Shown: positions 45,901-56,800 of the stretch, in pieces
How the letters are laid out: the number at the start of each line of letters is the position of its first letter
How positions within the stretch are numbered: the stretch's first letter is position 1
Program-made: the position numbers and the translations under genes
Origin: a virus
DNA: 64,000 bases
Reading direction: 5' to 3' (one strand)
Virus record (IMG/VR): IMGVR_UViG_3300037461_000748
Location: 1 to 64,000 of that record
The notes under the pieces: generated by a model
The model's database searches: none
What the model was told of the DNA's origin: nothing
Seen by the model: only the letters and a program-made list of their open reading frames with translations

Positions 45901-47054
45901 AGGCGTCCTGGGGATTTCCAGGTTAGTTCCTTCCAAGATTTTGTCTCAGTACCGTCGGTTCTTGAACATACTCTTGCGATAATTTCCCCGGCTGTATCAT
46001 TCTGAATATAAAATTTAGTAGAATAATTCTCAGTGAATCCAATGGCACCCATCATATCATCATAAGTGTCAAAACTGGATTCATCTCCTTTATAAAAATC
46101 AACATAACCTACGCCTTGCGAAAATAATGTTGCGTCACTATCATGCAATCTTATAATTGGTGCTGTATCTTTAACATGTACTGCAGTAGTAGGAATATTA
46201 GTACCCTTTCCAAGTCTATAAGTAGAGTAATCTACCATTATAGTTGGTGTTGAGTCTGTAGCACCAGTAACATATAAATCGTCACCAATCTCTAATTTAG
46301 CATTTAATCTACGTGTTCCTATGGAATCTCTGTCTTTTAGTAAGACATACTGATCGTCTAAAATCTTGTAATTTAATAGAAATCTATTATATCGCCTAAC
46401 GTCTAACACCCCATCAACCGATGATCTACCATCAATGGTAAACGTAGTGATATCAAAAACAGGATTACTTGCGTGAGTCTTAACGATTGCAATTGCAATT
46501 TCGTCGGACGTAATATTAGCTGGATATAAAGTATCAAGATCTAATCCCGCACCTACCTCAGTAGTAATGTCCTGTACTCTGATTTCCCAACTATCAGACT
46601 GTACAGTATTCTTAGATGTGTAAGGTTCTGAGCCAGTTCGATCAAATAAGAACGCGTTCATAGCAGTTACAGGATCAGACCCTACCCAGTCATAATATAA
46701 CTTAACCAGGTAATATTTACTTGTAGTCATGCTATAAGATGCATTAGTTCTGGCTGAGCTATCATTAACACCAGTAAAGTTAACATGTTCTTTACTCTGG
46801 GTAATAGCAAAGCCTTTGTCAATGATCCACCCAGCATTACCGTTTGTCAATGTTAGTTTAAAGGACGTATCATTTGACGTAGGTTCGCCATTAACCATGT
46901 CAACAATGATGCCATAATAATAATTACTGCTAGAATCTAATTTAACTAGTCTATCAATTCTATTAGTTAAATTTTCTTCTTGCTGGGCCTGTAAGGTGTC
47001 AAACACTGTTTCTAACTTCTGAACAGACCCTGAAGGTACCTTAATTCGTTCCAT
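42993..47054 (-). CDS. Long tail fibre protein
   Basis: Repeated GRLGI..P.YTLDV.G units and G/T-rich beta repeats, 1353 aa. Confidence 0.8.
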   Translation of the reverse strand: MERIKVPSGSVQKLETVFDTLQAQQEENLTNRIDRLVKLDSSSNYYYGIIVDMVNGEPTSNDTSFKLTLTNGNAGWIIDKGFAITQSKEHVNFTGVNDSSARTNASYSMTTSKYYLVKLYYDWVGSDPVTAMNAFLFDRTGSEPYTSKNTVQSDSWEIRVQDITTEVGAGLDLDTLYPANITSDEIAIAIVKTHASNPVFDITTFTIDGRSSVDGVLDVRRYNRFLLNYKILDDQYVLLKDRDSIGTRRLNAKLEIGDDLYVTGATDSTPTIMVDYSTYRLGKGTNIPTTAVHVKDTAPIIRLHDSDATLFSQGVGYVDFYKGDESSFDTYDDMMGAIGFTENYSTKFYIQNDTAGEIIARVCSRTDGTETKSWKELTWKSPGRLGVLNSSPAYTVDITGTLHVTGASTLNDVAAGNLTLDNNLSVDGSSTFTSTVTVSDDVTVSNDLFIDVSANSATFGTDNSGTNVEIKHPTGPQLKLTIPNTGSYNSALMFSAGVSNPNTFVLAMDAATQTLRIDKDREFNYNYFVIDSQGRVILGDYSATDKFTIVNGGIKITEEEHNKAIKFNTTGPGQRRYDIVVGSIPEDSATGKGSFGIYDYAADKYRFVIDSQGRIGLYDVTEPAYTLDVAGSIHATANITTNEDVYGVNANFENITATNIITDTMSITSMNIGTMYTSDNFQGQTIRWPIDLNDVYDEGGLMAGITSDGVVTIGGAAFGANKLDNTNNYPDYLRVANSMRIFSTDVARLVFAGNTLASGIAFDYYNDQLQATGPLGVYQTWYSYNGTPATYTNTARIRDLTVTNKFNASSANITIGAITTNYLTVASIMQATSSIVNITTAAIDTLDVSTNLTSTGTTDLANLQAYEITASGVVTLENELRVIGDIYCGTDGAQQIVISGSSGQLNFYDSNGDRVLWIDDGVFGGLPGIAIDKGMIYSYDSSGGGGYTGIYNTHIFAAAGTSGTTYGLYGSTSYADSSEARGVYGYYSSSHNDTSLKKRAGVYGRAIMGGANTDYAIGVHGNAQHTGSGIAYAGYFENGRVHIEEDLYVDGTSYFGDTSGQRIELDGLNGNLYWYNPQNDLIIEINDAIFGSQPGIVMYGSRDNTPPDSPVFYARDNADPAKESAGVMTPYDIGVVNRHEDSYRAFIGTMYATNTTSDTECVWFKQIIDGDTSGTVYERRGSKIESQVTSPRSNDTVIGDKIIATTAGSGLVYGDQISASITLASNANNVYGSSIAASSNGTGTVYGLYATATGGASAYAGRFASGNVAIDNNLTVGGALTVTGATTWAANLAHTGSNVGFYSVTPTTRRSGYNTTGPSLTRSLNAVGQDFDLLKGVVKAIIDDLVLLGLFGN

Positions 47055-47069
47055 TTATATATCAACCTC

Positions 47070-49844
47070 TTAACTATAAGCGTTAAATTCACTTTCGCCA
47101 ATGAACTCTAAAGTCACACCATAAACATTGTAAGCTGAAACTCTATCATTATTTGAGTACGTAATAACCAAATTTGTAGACGACGTCTCTGACAATGAGA
47201 TTAGGCCCATGCAGGTTCCACCTAGTTTTTTATTTTTAATAAATCCAACAAAGCCAGTAGCTCCAACGTCTTCATAATATAACTGTTCATACACAGTTAC
47301 TCCACCAATTTTTCCTTGAACATTTATTCTCTTAGGATCAGTAGTAGTGGTATCAGTTAATAGCTGCCATGACCACATTAATCGGTAAATTCCAGACTGT
47401 GGAACTCTGATAGTTTCATTGATTCCAGTAACAGTAATGTTTTGGCCAGCATAGCTCTTGCTGAATACTAAATACGGTACTGGACACCATTGCGGATTAC
47501 TCTGCGCATTATCAACTTGAGATTGCTTTCCAGCTTCAAACCAATAACCAGCTTTAAAGTTGTGAGCGTAAGCATATCCATCAGGATTAGCAAACATCTC
47601 GACACGCCTTGTAGAGCCATCTGGATCCACTCCTGCTACAATCTGCGCCGCTGCCGTTGCTCCACGGTATATTGCTAATCCAACACCTGATACCGTAGGA
47701 ATAATTGATTTAAAAGCAGGAGTACTTGCTGCATAGCCAGCTGCAAATTGTGCGGTGTACGTACTTTTTCCGGTAATACCACCTTGAGTTTCAATGGAGG
47801 TATCAGACCCATTTGAAACGTCTAACGTGTTACATGTTAATATTCCTGAAGCAGTGATAGCTCCTTCAGAATACATATTACCAGTAGATCTAATATCTCC
47901 ATTAACGTCAAGTTCCCAAGACAATGTAGGATTTTTCTTTATACCTACGTTACCATTTTGATCGATTCTGATTCCAGGATCTGCCCATGTGATAGCCCCA
48001 CCAGCTGAGCCATATCCAGCCGTAGCAATACTAAAATATCCAGAGGCCAATGGAGCATCTAACCCTATTCTGACGGCTCCTACGTGGCTACCAGTCGTAT
48101 TCTTAGAATACTTCCAGCCAGACGAAAAATAAGAATTAATGTTCATGGACGACATGTCATTAATCTTAAAGTGGAACGGTAAATAGTCTTCGTTATAAAT
48201 ATTAAAAATTTCTCTACCAACATTACCAGCTACATCACCGGTGTTTACAGCTGTTCTATCGTTATCTACTAATAACCTGGTATATAAAGCTGTAGGATCA
48301 TTAGATTTACCTTGTTGAAGGTATAATGCTTTATGATTCGAAGTGTCCCCCGTTATTTGTAAATAAAGGGGTTTCTGATAAGTAGTTGGCGACCCTGTAA
48401 TGAAATAATTAGCACTATTAGTCTCTGAAAATTTAAAGTAATTATCATGACTGCTTTTATTAATAAATTTTATATCTCCATTTACAGCAAACCTTTCTGT
48501 TACTCCCGTAGGAAATCCTTGACCAACATGTAAGTATCCAGCTCTTCTCAACCACACGCTGTCAGTTCCTGCATAACTTTTGAAGGTTATACCGGATGAT
48601 ACCGTTGGTTGAATGATATCAAAGTATGACGTAGCACCAGCACCTAATGTGAGGTCTCCATTAACAGTTAATTCCTCTACAGTAGTTAATCCTGATATAC
48701 TCATAGTCCCTGCAACGTTGGTGTTTCCAGAAGTATCTACTAAAAATTTGTCAGTATTAACTTGAATTCCACCATCTAATGCAGCTAATCCACTAGCGAC
48801 GATGCCACTCATTATTACAAGTTCTTCAGTAATCAATTGGCTACCGTTTACTTTAACGTCGTAATTATCATCAGCTACCCCACATAAACCTATGTTCTGA
48901 TTGATATTAGCATCAAATACTTGAACGCCAGATAATGATATTCTAACTGAACCTGAAGTGTTTAGAATTCTAGAAGTAGCTCCATTCATATAGATAGTAG
49001 TGCTGTCTATTCCAATTCCTGGACCAGATCCTACGTGTAAATTATATGATGGGGATGTATTATTAATTCCAAATTTTTTACTAGTTTGTAATGTCAATGA
49101 GTCGGTATCAGCCGCATCATCTATGAAGAATACTGCGTCATCTGATGCGTCGAGAGGCCCCCGGTGACCTATAATAAAGTCATCGGTATTAGTTCTTTTC
49201 ATAAACCAGTAATCAGTGTCATCGTCATTTACTAACTTATATGATAATCCAGCAGTTCCTTCGTTTTTTAATGTGCAAACTATTGGGTTAACATTGTCTG
49301 TTCCAGCTGCGTGTATCTTATCCGTGGCCAAACTGGCATGGGTGCCAACTGATAAACCAGTTCTTATTAATCCATATCCGTTTACATCAAATGTATAACC
49401 AGTAGTTACCCCAGAAACTGCTACAGCCATTGTCTGAGTTCCACGATTTATAACTGTATGTTCCGGATGTCTTAGATAAATCTTTCCACCAGACACAAGT
49501 GATTCTAGGCCATTAGTTCCTAATATATGTAATTCATAAATACTAGACTCATCTACATCAGCCGCAGTATAACCGGTATCAGCGTGTATTTCAAATAAAT
49601 CGTCTTTTACATCTAATCTAGACACTTGAATCACGTTATTTTTTGATCCGCTAATATTATCTGATATTAAAGTCTTATTAGTCATTTCCTTGGTATTAGT
49701 TGTACCAATGGGGTCTCCGATGCCTGATAATAAAGCTGCTGTCTCATCGGTAGATTCCTGTAAATTACTAAGACTCGTGTTAATTTTTAGTCTGCCAGAA
49801 TTAGGGGTATCATTTACCTCAATAGTATATATAGCAGTTGACAT
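47070..49844 (-). CDS. Tail fibre protein
   Basis: GNVGI...LDVNG repeats, 924 aa. Confidence 0.8.
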   Translation of the reverse strand: MSTAIYTIEVNDTPNSGRLKINTSLSNLQESTDETAALLSGIGDPIGTTNTKEMTNKTLISDNISGSKNNVIQVSRLDVKDDLFEIHADTGYTAADVDESSIYELHILGTNGLESLVSGGKIYLRHPEHTVINRGTQTMAVAVSGVTTGYTFDVNGYGLIRTGLSVGTHASLATDKIHAAGTDNVNPIVCTLKNEGTAGLSYKLVNDDDTDYWFMKRTNTDDFIIGHRGPLDASDDAVFFIDDAADTDSLTLQTSKKFGINNTSPSYNLHVGSGPGIGIDSTTIYMNGATSRILNTSGSVRISLSGVQVFDANINQNIGLCGVADDNYDVKVNGSQLITEELVIMSGIVASGLAALDGGIQVNTDKFLVDTSGNTNVAGTMSISGLTTVEELTVNGDLTLGAGATSYFDIIQPTVSSGITFKSYAGTDSVWLRRAGYLHVGQGFPTGVTERFAVNGDIKFINKSSHDNYFKFSETNSANYFITGSPTTYQKPLYLQITGDTSNHKALYLQQGKSNDPTALYTRLLVDNDRTAVNTGDVAGNVGREIFNIYNEDYLPFHFKINDMSSMNINSYFSSGWKYSKNTTGSHVGAVRIGLDAPLASGYFSIATAGYGSAGGAITWADPGIRIDQNGNVGIKKNPTLSWELDVNGDIRSTGNMYSEGAITASGILTCNTLDVSNGSDTSIETQGGITGKSTYTAQFAAGYAASTPAFKSIIPTVSGVGLAIYRGATAAAQIVAGVDPDGSTRRVEMFANPDGYAYAHNFKAGYWFEAGKQSQVDNAQSNPQWCPVPYLVFSKSYAGQNITVTGINETIRVPQSGIYRLMWSWQLLTDTTTTDPKRINVQGKIGGVTVYEQLYYEDVGATGFVGFIKNKKLGGTCMGLISLSETSSTNLVITYSNNDRVSAYNVYGVTLEFIGESEFNAYS

Positions 49845-49871
49845 TATAAGTTACTCCATAAATTAAAATAT

Positions 49872-51485
49872 TTATACAGGTACCCACTCACTATCAGGAT
49901 AATAGCTAAATGGAAGATCTGCATCACCTAAGTAAAACTCCTCTCCGCTCCAATGTACGAATTTAAATTGTTCTCCTGATAGTGAATACACGGGTATACT
50001 ATTAATACCAGAAACAATATTATCCGAATCTGCTGTTTCAAATTTAAAATTAAACATAGTCTCTACTGGCGGAGTAGGAAGCACTCCAGAACACACTATG
50101 CTAGTTTTATAAGATAGTGCTGGATTCATGTCTAGTCCACTAACAGAAAAGTCGTAATTCACACCAGCTATCACCCTCATTCCTAAGAAGGACCAATTAT
50201 AAGTTAATATATCATCCTCGGGATCTGTTACTACGGCTGATAATAAAGCAGTATCTCCGGGATTATAAAAATCTTTATCATTATCCCAATTTTCAATGAT
50301 AGGCGGTAAATTAACAAATCTTGCTCTTAATCCAGCCGGTATGTAATTATTTAAAAATTTATCAAAAACATCGTTACTATAGCTATCCGAGTAAAGTCTA
50401 TTACTTCTGCGAAGCATCAATGTGTGATAAGGTTCTTCTGGGTTTAGATAATCTCCATAGTCGTCCTGAACAAGAAATTTTACTCCAACATTTTGCATTT
50501 TAATATCATTAATATAACATACACCATTAACTTGCGGAGTAAAAATTATTTTAATTTTCTGTAATTGGAACTGTTCTCTTAATTCCCCATCATTGGTATA
50601 TATTTCAGTAGAGATTCCCGATCCTACGTAGACTACATCTCCATTATAAAGTTTTCCAGAAGAAGTTTGCCAAAGATTTGTTACTCCAGTAGTTATTTCC
50701 CCTGATCTGCTACCACCAATTGAATTGGTAGTAATGATTGGTATATGCTCACTAAAATGTCTATTATAGACATTGAAAGTGTAAGTTTCTCCTCTTTTTA
50801 ATATTCCATCTAAGCCTTCTACTATTGTAGGAGGGGTATAAAATCTTTCTTCTACGACGCCTAATATTGTGCCACGCCCTTGGTCATCTAACATAGTGAC
50901 ATTGACTGGACTATCAAGGTTCATGTAAAAGCTTTTGTAATAGCCTACGTTGGCATCTGATATAAGTGGAACTGATATTGTTTTAGAAATCTCTCCTGGT
51001 GCAAAGGATAATATTCCACTGACTGCATTGTAATGAGCAGGAGCCCCAGATGTAGCTGTACCGTCCTCAGTAACGTAATTTACTGTGACAGTTTTAAACG
51101 TATTATGAGATAAAGAAACTGTAAATATTAATGGGCCGGCTGATCTATGACAAGCGACATCATTAATAGAAATATATACTAAGGAAGTGGAGTATAATAT
51201 ATAATTATAATGGCCCGCTGGGTCTCCATCTAAATATAAAGATCTTCCATAACCATCCCCTACGCTGTAAGAATCATAGACCGGCTCACCATCTACGAAG
51301 TCAGTGCTGGCGTCGAAACAAAAGATATGCGTATCCACGTAGTTTTGTAATTCTGCTGCAAAAACTAAGTCACCTTGTGTACTAACAGCAATTCCATCAA
51401 TTGTTGTTCCTACGTTTGCACTATCAGCAATTACATTTCCGGTCGCAGCGTCTATTTGCCGAACCTTATAAGCCACTCCTGGCAT
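49872..51485 (-). CDS. Tail/baseplate protein with Calx-beta and Ig-like domains
   Basis: FTVSLS..VTVNYVTEDGTA..GILSFAPGE..F.MNLDSP; DPEDDILTYNW. Confidence 0.7.
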   Translation of the reverse strand: MPGVAYKVRQIDAATGNVIADSANVGTTIDGIAVSTQGDLVFAAELQNYVDTHIFCFDASTDFVDGEPVYDSYSVGDGYGRSLYLDGDPAGHYNYILYSTSLVYISINDVACHRSAGPLIFTVSLSHNTFKTVTVNYVTEDGTATSGAPAHYNAVSGILSFAPGEISKTISVPLISDANVGYYKSFYMNLDSPVNVTMLDDQGRGTILGVVEERFYTPPTIVEGLDGILKRGETYTFNVYNRHFSEHIPIITTNSIGGSRSGEITTGVTNLWQTSSGKLYNGDVVYVGSGISTEIYTNDGELREQFQLQKIKIIFTPQVNGVCYINDIKMQNVGVKFLVQDDYGDYLNPEEPYHTLMLRRSNRLYSDSYSNDVFDKFLNNYIPAGLRARFVNLPPIIENWDNDKDFYNPGDTALLSAVVTDPEDDILTYNWSFLGMRVIAGVNYDFSVSGLDMNPALSYKTSIVCSGVLPTPPVETMFNFKFETADSDNIVSGINSIPVYSLSGEQFKFVHWSGEEFYLGDADLPFSYYPDSEWVPV

Positions 51486-51503
51486 AGTTAATAACCTCTA
51501 TAA

Positions 51504-52649
51504 TTATACAGTTACTGTAAAATAAATTTTTATTACCATTCCTTCGTTATCTAATAAAGTAACTCCGGGAGATATAGGATATCGGAACATCATTATCGGA
51601 TTAGTTCCATCTTGATATCCATATAATCCAGTTTCTCTTATAGTAATTGGACTTCCAGAAAAATTAAAAAATCCTCTTTGTACAAAAAAACTAGCAGTAT
51701 TACCAGATGTATTAATAGATGAAGTTGTTCCTCCCGTATGCCATAGCTGTCCGGCAGATGTTCCAGCATTAATTTGGCTTTTTAATGCATAGTCATCCCA
51801 ATCCGCCGCAGTATCATCGGTACCAACTACTAATCCATACACCGAACTTACATTACCTGCTGAATAATATCCAGCATTGCCCATATTAGGATATGACTCC
51901 ATAGTTTCTATGGCTCCACCAGTATCAATCAATTGAACCGATGTGTTGTCCGTAAACATCCCATACATCCATTTAATGTAATTCTTAGTAATTCCACTAG
52001 TCTCCGTGATAAGGTGTTTAATAGTAACTGTAGAGGAACCTCCATTTGTAACTATGTGCCCGATGCCTACGTCTCTTGATAATATACCATAATAAGTAGC
52101 TCCATACGGATACCACCAATAATTAGCTAATGCTAATTCCTCAATGGTAATATCTCCTCCCGAGGAATTAGTGAATTGCCTAGTAATATCAACACTGTAA
52201 TAAATTCCAGACACAGTAGGTGAATTTACAGTAGTAGCTCCATATGATAATTGTCCGGCACCAGTTCCATGCCCTATCAATGCCCCTAAGTGATAATTGT
52301 CAATGGCTAATGGATATATTGTTCCATCATCTGTTCCAACCATGGGTCCTCTAGTAACGGTTCCTGCCGGTCCAGTGGCTCTAAGAAATGCAGGATCACT
52401 GGTGGTCTCTGTAGTTCCATCGTACTCTATCCAATCTCCAGACGCTGCATTGCTCTTTGACATAGCAGCTACTCCTGCTATGTAGTTCCTTAATAAACTT
52501 TTCATAGGAAACTCATTGACATTCTTACCATCGTCGATGACAATTATGTCTTCGCAATCGTTCTTACAATTTATCTTAGTTACTCCCTTTGTAAGAGAGT
52601 CAGGATAAAAAGTTTCAATTTCAATGATATTATTAAGCCCATGTTTCAT
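51504..52649 (-). CDS. Structural protein with two tandem copies of a phage tail domain
   Basis: Duplicated VGTDD...GT.AGQL...R.F.N.SG..ITI.E motif. Confidence 0.7.
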   Translation of the reverse strand: MKHGLNNIIEIETFYPDSLTKGVTKINCKNDCEDIIVIDDGKNVNEFPMKSLLRNYIAGVAAMSKSNAASGDWIEYDGTTETTSDPAFLRATGPAGTVTRGPMVGTDDGTIYPLAIDNYHLGALIGHGTGAGQLSYGATTVNSPTVSGIYYSVDITRQFTNSSGGDITIEELALANYWWYPYGATYYGILSRDVGIGHIVTNGGSSTVTIKHLITETSGITKNYIKWMYGMFTDNTSVQLIDTGGAIETMESYPNMGNAGYYSAGNVSSVYGLVVGTDDTAADWDDYALKSQINAGTSAGQLWHTGGTTSSINTSGNTASFFVQRGFFNFSGSPITIRETGLYGYQDGTNPIMMFRYPISPGVTLLDNEGMVIKIYFTVTV

Positions 52650-53836
52650 GCTGAGGTCACCGCATACGTAATACTTGGTTTAATACTTTCTCCTGGTAAT
52701 ACATTAAGAGTACCTGTAATCCATCTTCCAATCATTACTTGATAGGTTGAGCCTTTAGCATACCAGGCCATCTCTTCTACTGCGATGGCTCCCCCCGAAT
52801 TATTAGTAAACGGTCTTGCACATTTAAAAGACGTGGTTTGTCCAGTAGTACCTAACCAGGTTATTTCAGATAAACCATGTGACATTTGTCCCGCCCCGGT
52901 ACCATGATTTATGCTACTTTGCAATCTGTAATGTGAAATATCTAACGCAGCATTACTGGTCCCTATCTTTAATCCCCAGGTATTTTCTGCTGCACCAGCA
53001 TCAGCCTCTAACCAATACTGGAAAGTGGTACTACCCATGCCTGATCTACTTGCTCCGCTGGTATCAGTATAGCTTTCAGAGGAATCATTTCTGAAACTAG
53101 CTTGTAGCGCTCTAATGTAATTATGAGTAAATCCCGACGCTTCTGAAAATTTTACATTATAAGTCACATTGACACAAGTATTATTTAATACAGGAATATT
53201 AATTGGATTTCCACCCGCGTCAGTTAAATCTCTTGCGTACAACCATCCCCAAGAGGCACCATACCATCCAACTAATCCAACTTCTTTAACTGTAATAGTA
53301 CCTCCGGAATGGTTAGTGCATAGTCTAAAAAGTGTAATAGTATCTTCCGAAGCTCCCTCTGTGAAAGATACAAAGTCGGAAGTACCATACTCCATAGTCC
53401 CTGATGTATTTCCATGGTCAATTATGGCGCCCAATGCATAATTATTATAGCCCATCGGTGTAATAGATCCATCATCAGTACCAAGTACTATGCCCTTATT
53501 ATCATATGACGCCCCATAACTATGTTCAAGGTCTATCGCACAAGATCCCGGATTTACTCCTATATGGCTCCCAGTAATATCATAAAAAGTATTAGTAGTG
53601 GGAAGCGCATTTTTCATATTAGAATAGTGATATGACACCCAATTTCTAGTAAAACTTCTTATAGGAAATATATCATCAGTTATTACAGTTCCTGCTTTTG
53701 ACTTAGTCTGAACGCAGATATTACTGTCAGCATCGTTTGCTGCATTAACATAGTGGACTTTTTTTAGATTTCCATTTATGTCATAGTGCTCAACCATGGG
53801 TTGAACATAAAAATTATGTGGTGATAGCATTTTCAT
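52646..53836 (-). CDS. Paralog of 51504..52649 (duplicated tail domain)
   Basis: Same duplicated motif (LGTDD..HG..G...N.SGG.I.V.E). Confidence 0.7.
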   Translation of the reverse strand: MKMLSPHNFYVQPMVEHYDINGNLKKVHYVNAANDADSNICVQTKSKAGTVITDDIFPIRSFTRNWVSYHYSNMKNALPTTNTFYDITGSHIGVNPGSCAIDLEHSYGASYDNKGIVLGTDDGSITPMGYNNYALGAIIDHGNTSGTMEYGTSDFVSFTEGASEDTITLFRLCTNHSGGTITVKEVGLVGWYGASWGWLYARDLTDAGGNPINIPVLNNTCVNVTYNVKFSEASGFTHNYIRALQASFRNDSSESYTDTSGASRSGMGSTTFQYWLEADAGAAENTWGLKIGTSNAALDISHYRLQSSINHGTGAGQMSHGLSEITWLGTTGQTTSFKCARPFTNNSGGAIAVEEMAWYAKGSTYQVMIGRWITGTLNVLPGESIKPSITYAVTSA

Positions 53837-53865
53837 ATACCTTTAATATAGTTAATTTTTATTAA

Positions 53866-56800
53866 TTATGCAAATGAATAAGTAGCTGTTATCGATGCTA
53901 CTAATCCACTATAAATTATTCCTGATGATATCATGGCTTCCTCTGTTAGTCCTGAACCAATTGTGATAACAGCAGGCAATATTGACGAAACTCCTGTGAT
54001 AATTCCTGATATAGGTATAGACTCTGATATTCCTGATCCTATCACGATGTTAGTATTAGTCATATCAACTGCGCCCGCAACTATGTCTGTTACGACTTCT
54101 GTAATTCTATCATTTAGCACGATGTACTCATTATAAGCTACATAGTCTTGTCCCCCTTGATCAGAGTTTAATGGAGCATATGATCGATACGTAGGAACAA
54201 AAGTATATCCGGACATCGATGGGATAATTACGTAGTTGTCTTCACTTAGACCAGTGAATGAATAATATCCCGACGCATTAGTCAATGCCTCAGTACTAGT
54301 TCCTGATATAGTTAAAGTTACTCCTTCGAGTTCTCCTCCAAAGTCAGTGACCTGTCCTGATATATTATAAGTAGTTAACTGTGTGCCATAATAGTCTTGT
54401 CCCCCTTGATCAGAGTTTAATGGAGCATATGATCGATACGTAGGAACAAAAGTATATCCGGACATCGATGGAATTACATTGTAATCTCCAAGAGTTAAAC
54501 CAGTGAACGAATAATATCCTGATGCATTGGTTAGTGCTTCAGTGGCAGTTCCTGATATGGTTAATGTCGTGCCCGCTAAGGCTCCATTATTATCTGTAAC
54601 TTGTCCTGATATATTATAAGTTGCTAACAGATAAGCTACGTAGTCCTGGCTACTTTGATCTGTACTAAGTGGATTATAAGACTGATAAGAGGGAACAAAT
54701 GAATATCCCAATTTTGACGGAATAACACTATAAATACCAGACTCTAATCCAGTAAATGAATAATAACCAGATATATTTGTTACATCAATATTAGAGGTTC
54801 CTGAAATAGTCATAGTTACACCATCGACAGGAGCTCCTCCATAATTATTTGTTACTTGTCCCGATATATCGTAAGTTTCTACTGTATGGACAGTAAAGAT
54901 AGAATTTAAGTTTGCGTTGTAAGCTAATAAGTCTCCTCCAAGGGTCGACCATTGTAAAGTTCCATCTACGACGCTATACTTTTTTACGTAGCGATCTGTA
55001 GCGCCAGCCGTTACATAGGCATTCCCATCCCCATCAATGGCTAAATCAACATAAAATTCTCCTATTACTGTTGACCACATCGGATCCCCACCGTCCAAGT
55101 CTTCTATATTAAAACAAGCCACTCTGTAATCATCAGAATAGCCTAATACTATCATCATCGTACTATCACAAAAGGGAAGAGCCTTGTAATAAGAAGGGCT
55201 GGTAACTGCTGATTTTCTATTATAAGTAGTGTAAGAACTTAAGTCCGAGCTGTATTTATAAATTTTAGTTGCATCGGAACTATTACACCATAGATAGCCA
55301 AAGTTATCTACACAAAATAATCTACCAACATCGTTGGCTAAGACACTATGAGTTTCTAAACTAGTTGATAATACTCTTTTTTTTAAATATCCACCTTGTT
55401 TAACATAAAAGCAATCATTATAATAGTTTACTGCAATGCTCCAAGGAAAATCTAGAGATTTATTAACTTCATATGCTAGGTCTAAATCACCATCAAGACA
55501 GCGATAATCCTGATATCCTGAGGGGGCATTATTATAGAACATCGTAGTAAAATCAGTAAATGCTGGTGCAGGGTCGTCATTTAGTATAGTTCCAGTTCCA
55601 GTGTCTACTGATATAATAGCATTTACAGGATTACTTAACGTAACGAAAAAAGTCTTATCATCTTCAAACAGAGCATTTGGAATAATTGTAATGTCTATGT
55701 CGTAGTTGTACACCCCAGAAACAAAGGACAATGTACCACTAGCTGCTACATAGTCCGTGGAGGCAATTGCTGTCCCATCACTAGTTTGATAATCTACTGA
55801 TACAGTTCCATCACTTACACCTGATAATACTACTGGAAAACTTATTACACTGGCAGACTCATCATCACTTGAATCACCGACTGAGAGATAATTAGTTATA
55901 TCATCTTCTCCGACTATAAGATTATTTATGTGACCAGCTGGATCGCCAAATCCAGAAAAATAAATAGAGGCTCCAGGTTGCAGTGCACTATCGATGTAAC
56001 TTTCATCCTCTCCCCAATCACTACTAATATCAAAAGCATATACATATGGATTGCTTCCAGTACAACCAACAACCAATGTATCTGAATCACAAATAATAAT
56101 AGAATTTCCCAAATCTGCTGGTAATTCAATCGTTTTTCCAATATAATTACCTGTGGCAGCATCATACTGCCAAACTCTCTGAGTATCCTCAAAATCGATA
56201 ATATATATAGAGTCTGTTTCTGATGAGTATGCTGCAAATATTGAAAAACAACCCTCTTTACCAGTATTTGACCATACAACGGAACCATCTACTCCTGACA
56301 GTTTAGCCAGAACACCGTTATAATCACCGGAGATGTTTCCTGAAATATACAGATTCCCGTTGGTATCATCATCAATCGTATAGGTTTGAAGATCAGCCAC
56401 AATATCAGCGCAATCAATAATCCACAGCGGTGAATCTAATAAGCCAGACTCACTGAGGGTAAACTTTGCTAATTTACTGGTCGTTCCCGAAATAAGCAAA
56501 TAAATATAATTACCGTCTCGTGATGATTTTGCTAGAGTTATAACTTCCCCTGGCTCAAAAGCAGCATCTAAAGCCCAATCATTTCTAACTGTCAGTTCTT
56601 TATTCCAACGATAAATAGATCGCTGCGCATAAACCCACCCATAAAGATAATTACCATCAAACAATAATGGATTTACACCGTAAAAATCAGGATCAATATC
56701 AACGACTGAAGTAGACGAAATTATTACGCCCGATTTTGTTTTATTGTATAAAATCTGACTCTCAACTACAAAAAAAGACTCATCACTTCTATCTACAGCA

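Noticed and set aside
30109-54471. Diversity-generating retroelement (RT plus tail-gene repeat)
   Set aside because: The RT has retron features (YADD, ITG region Y, msr/msd). The 81-bp repeat is identical with no adenine-specific mismatches, and I found no TR copy or avd-like gene near the RT.
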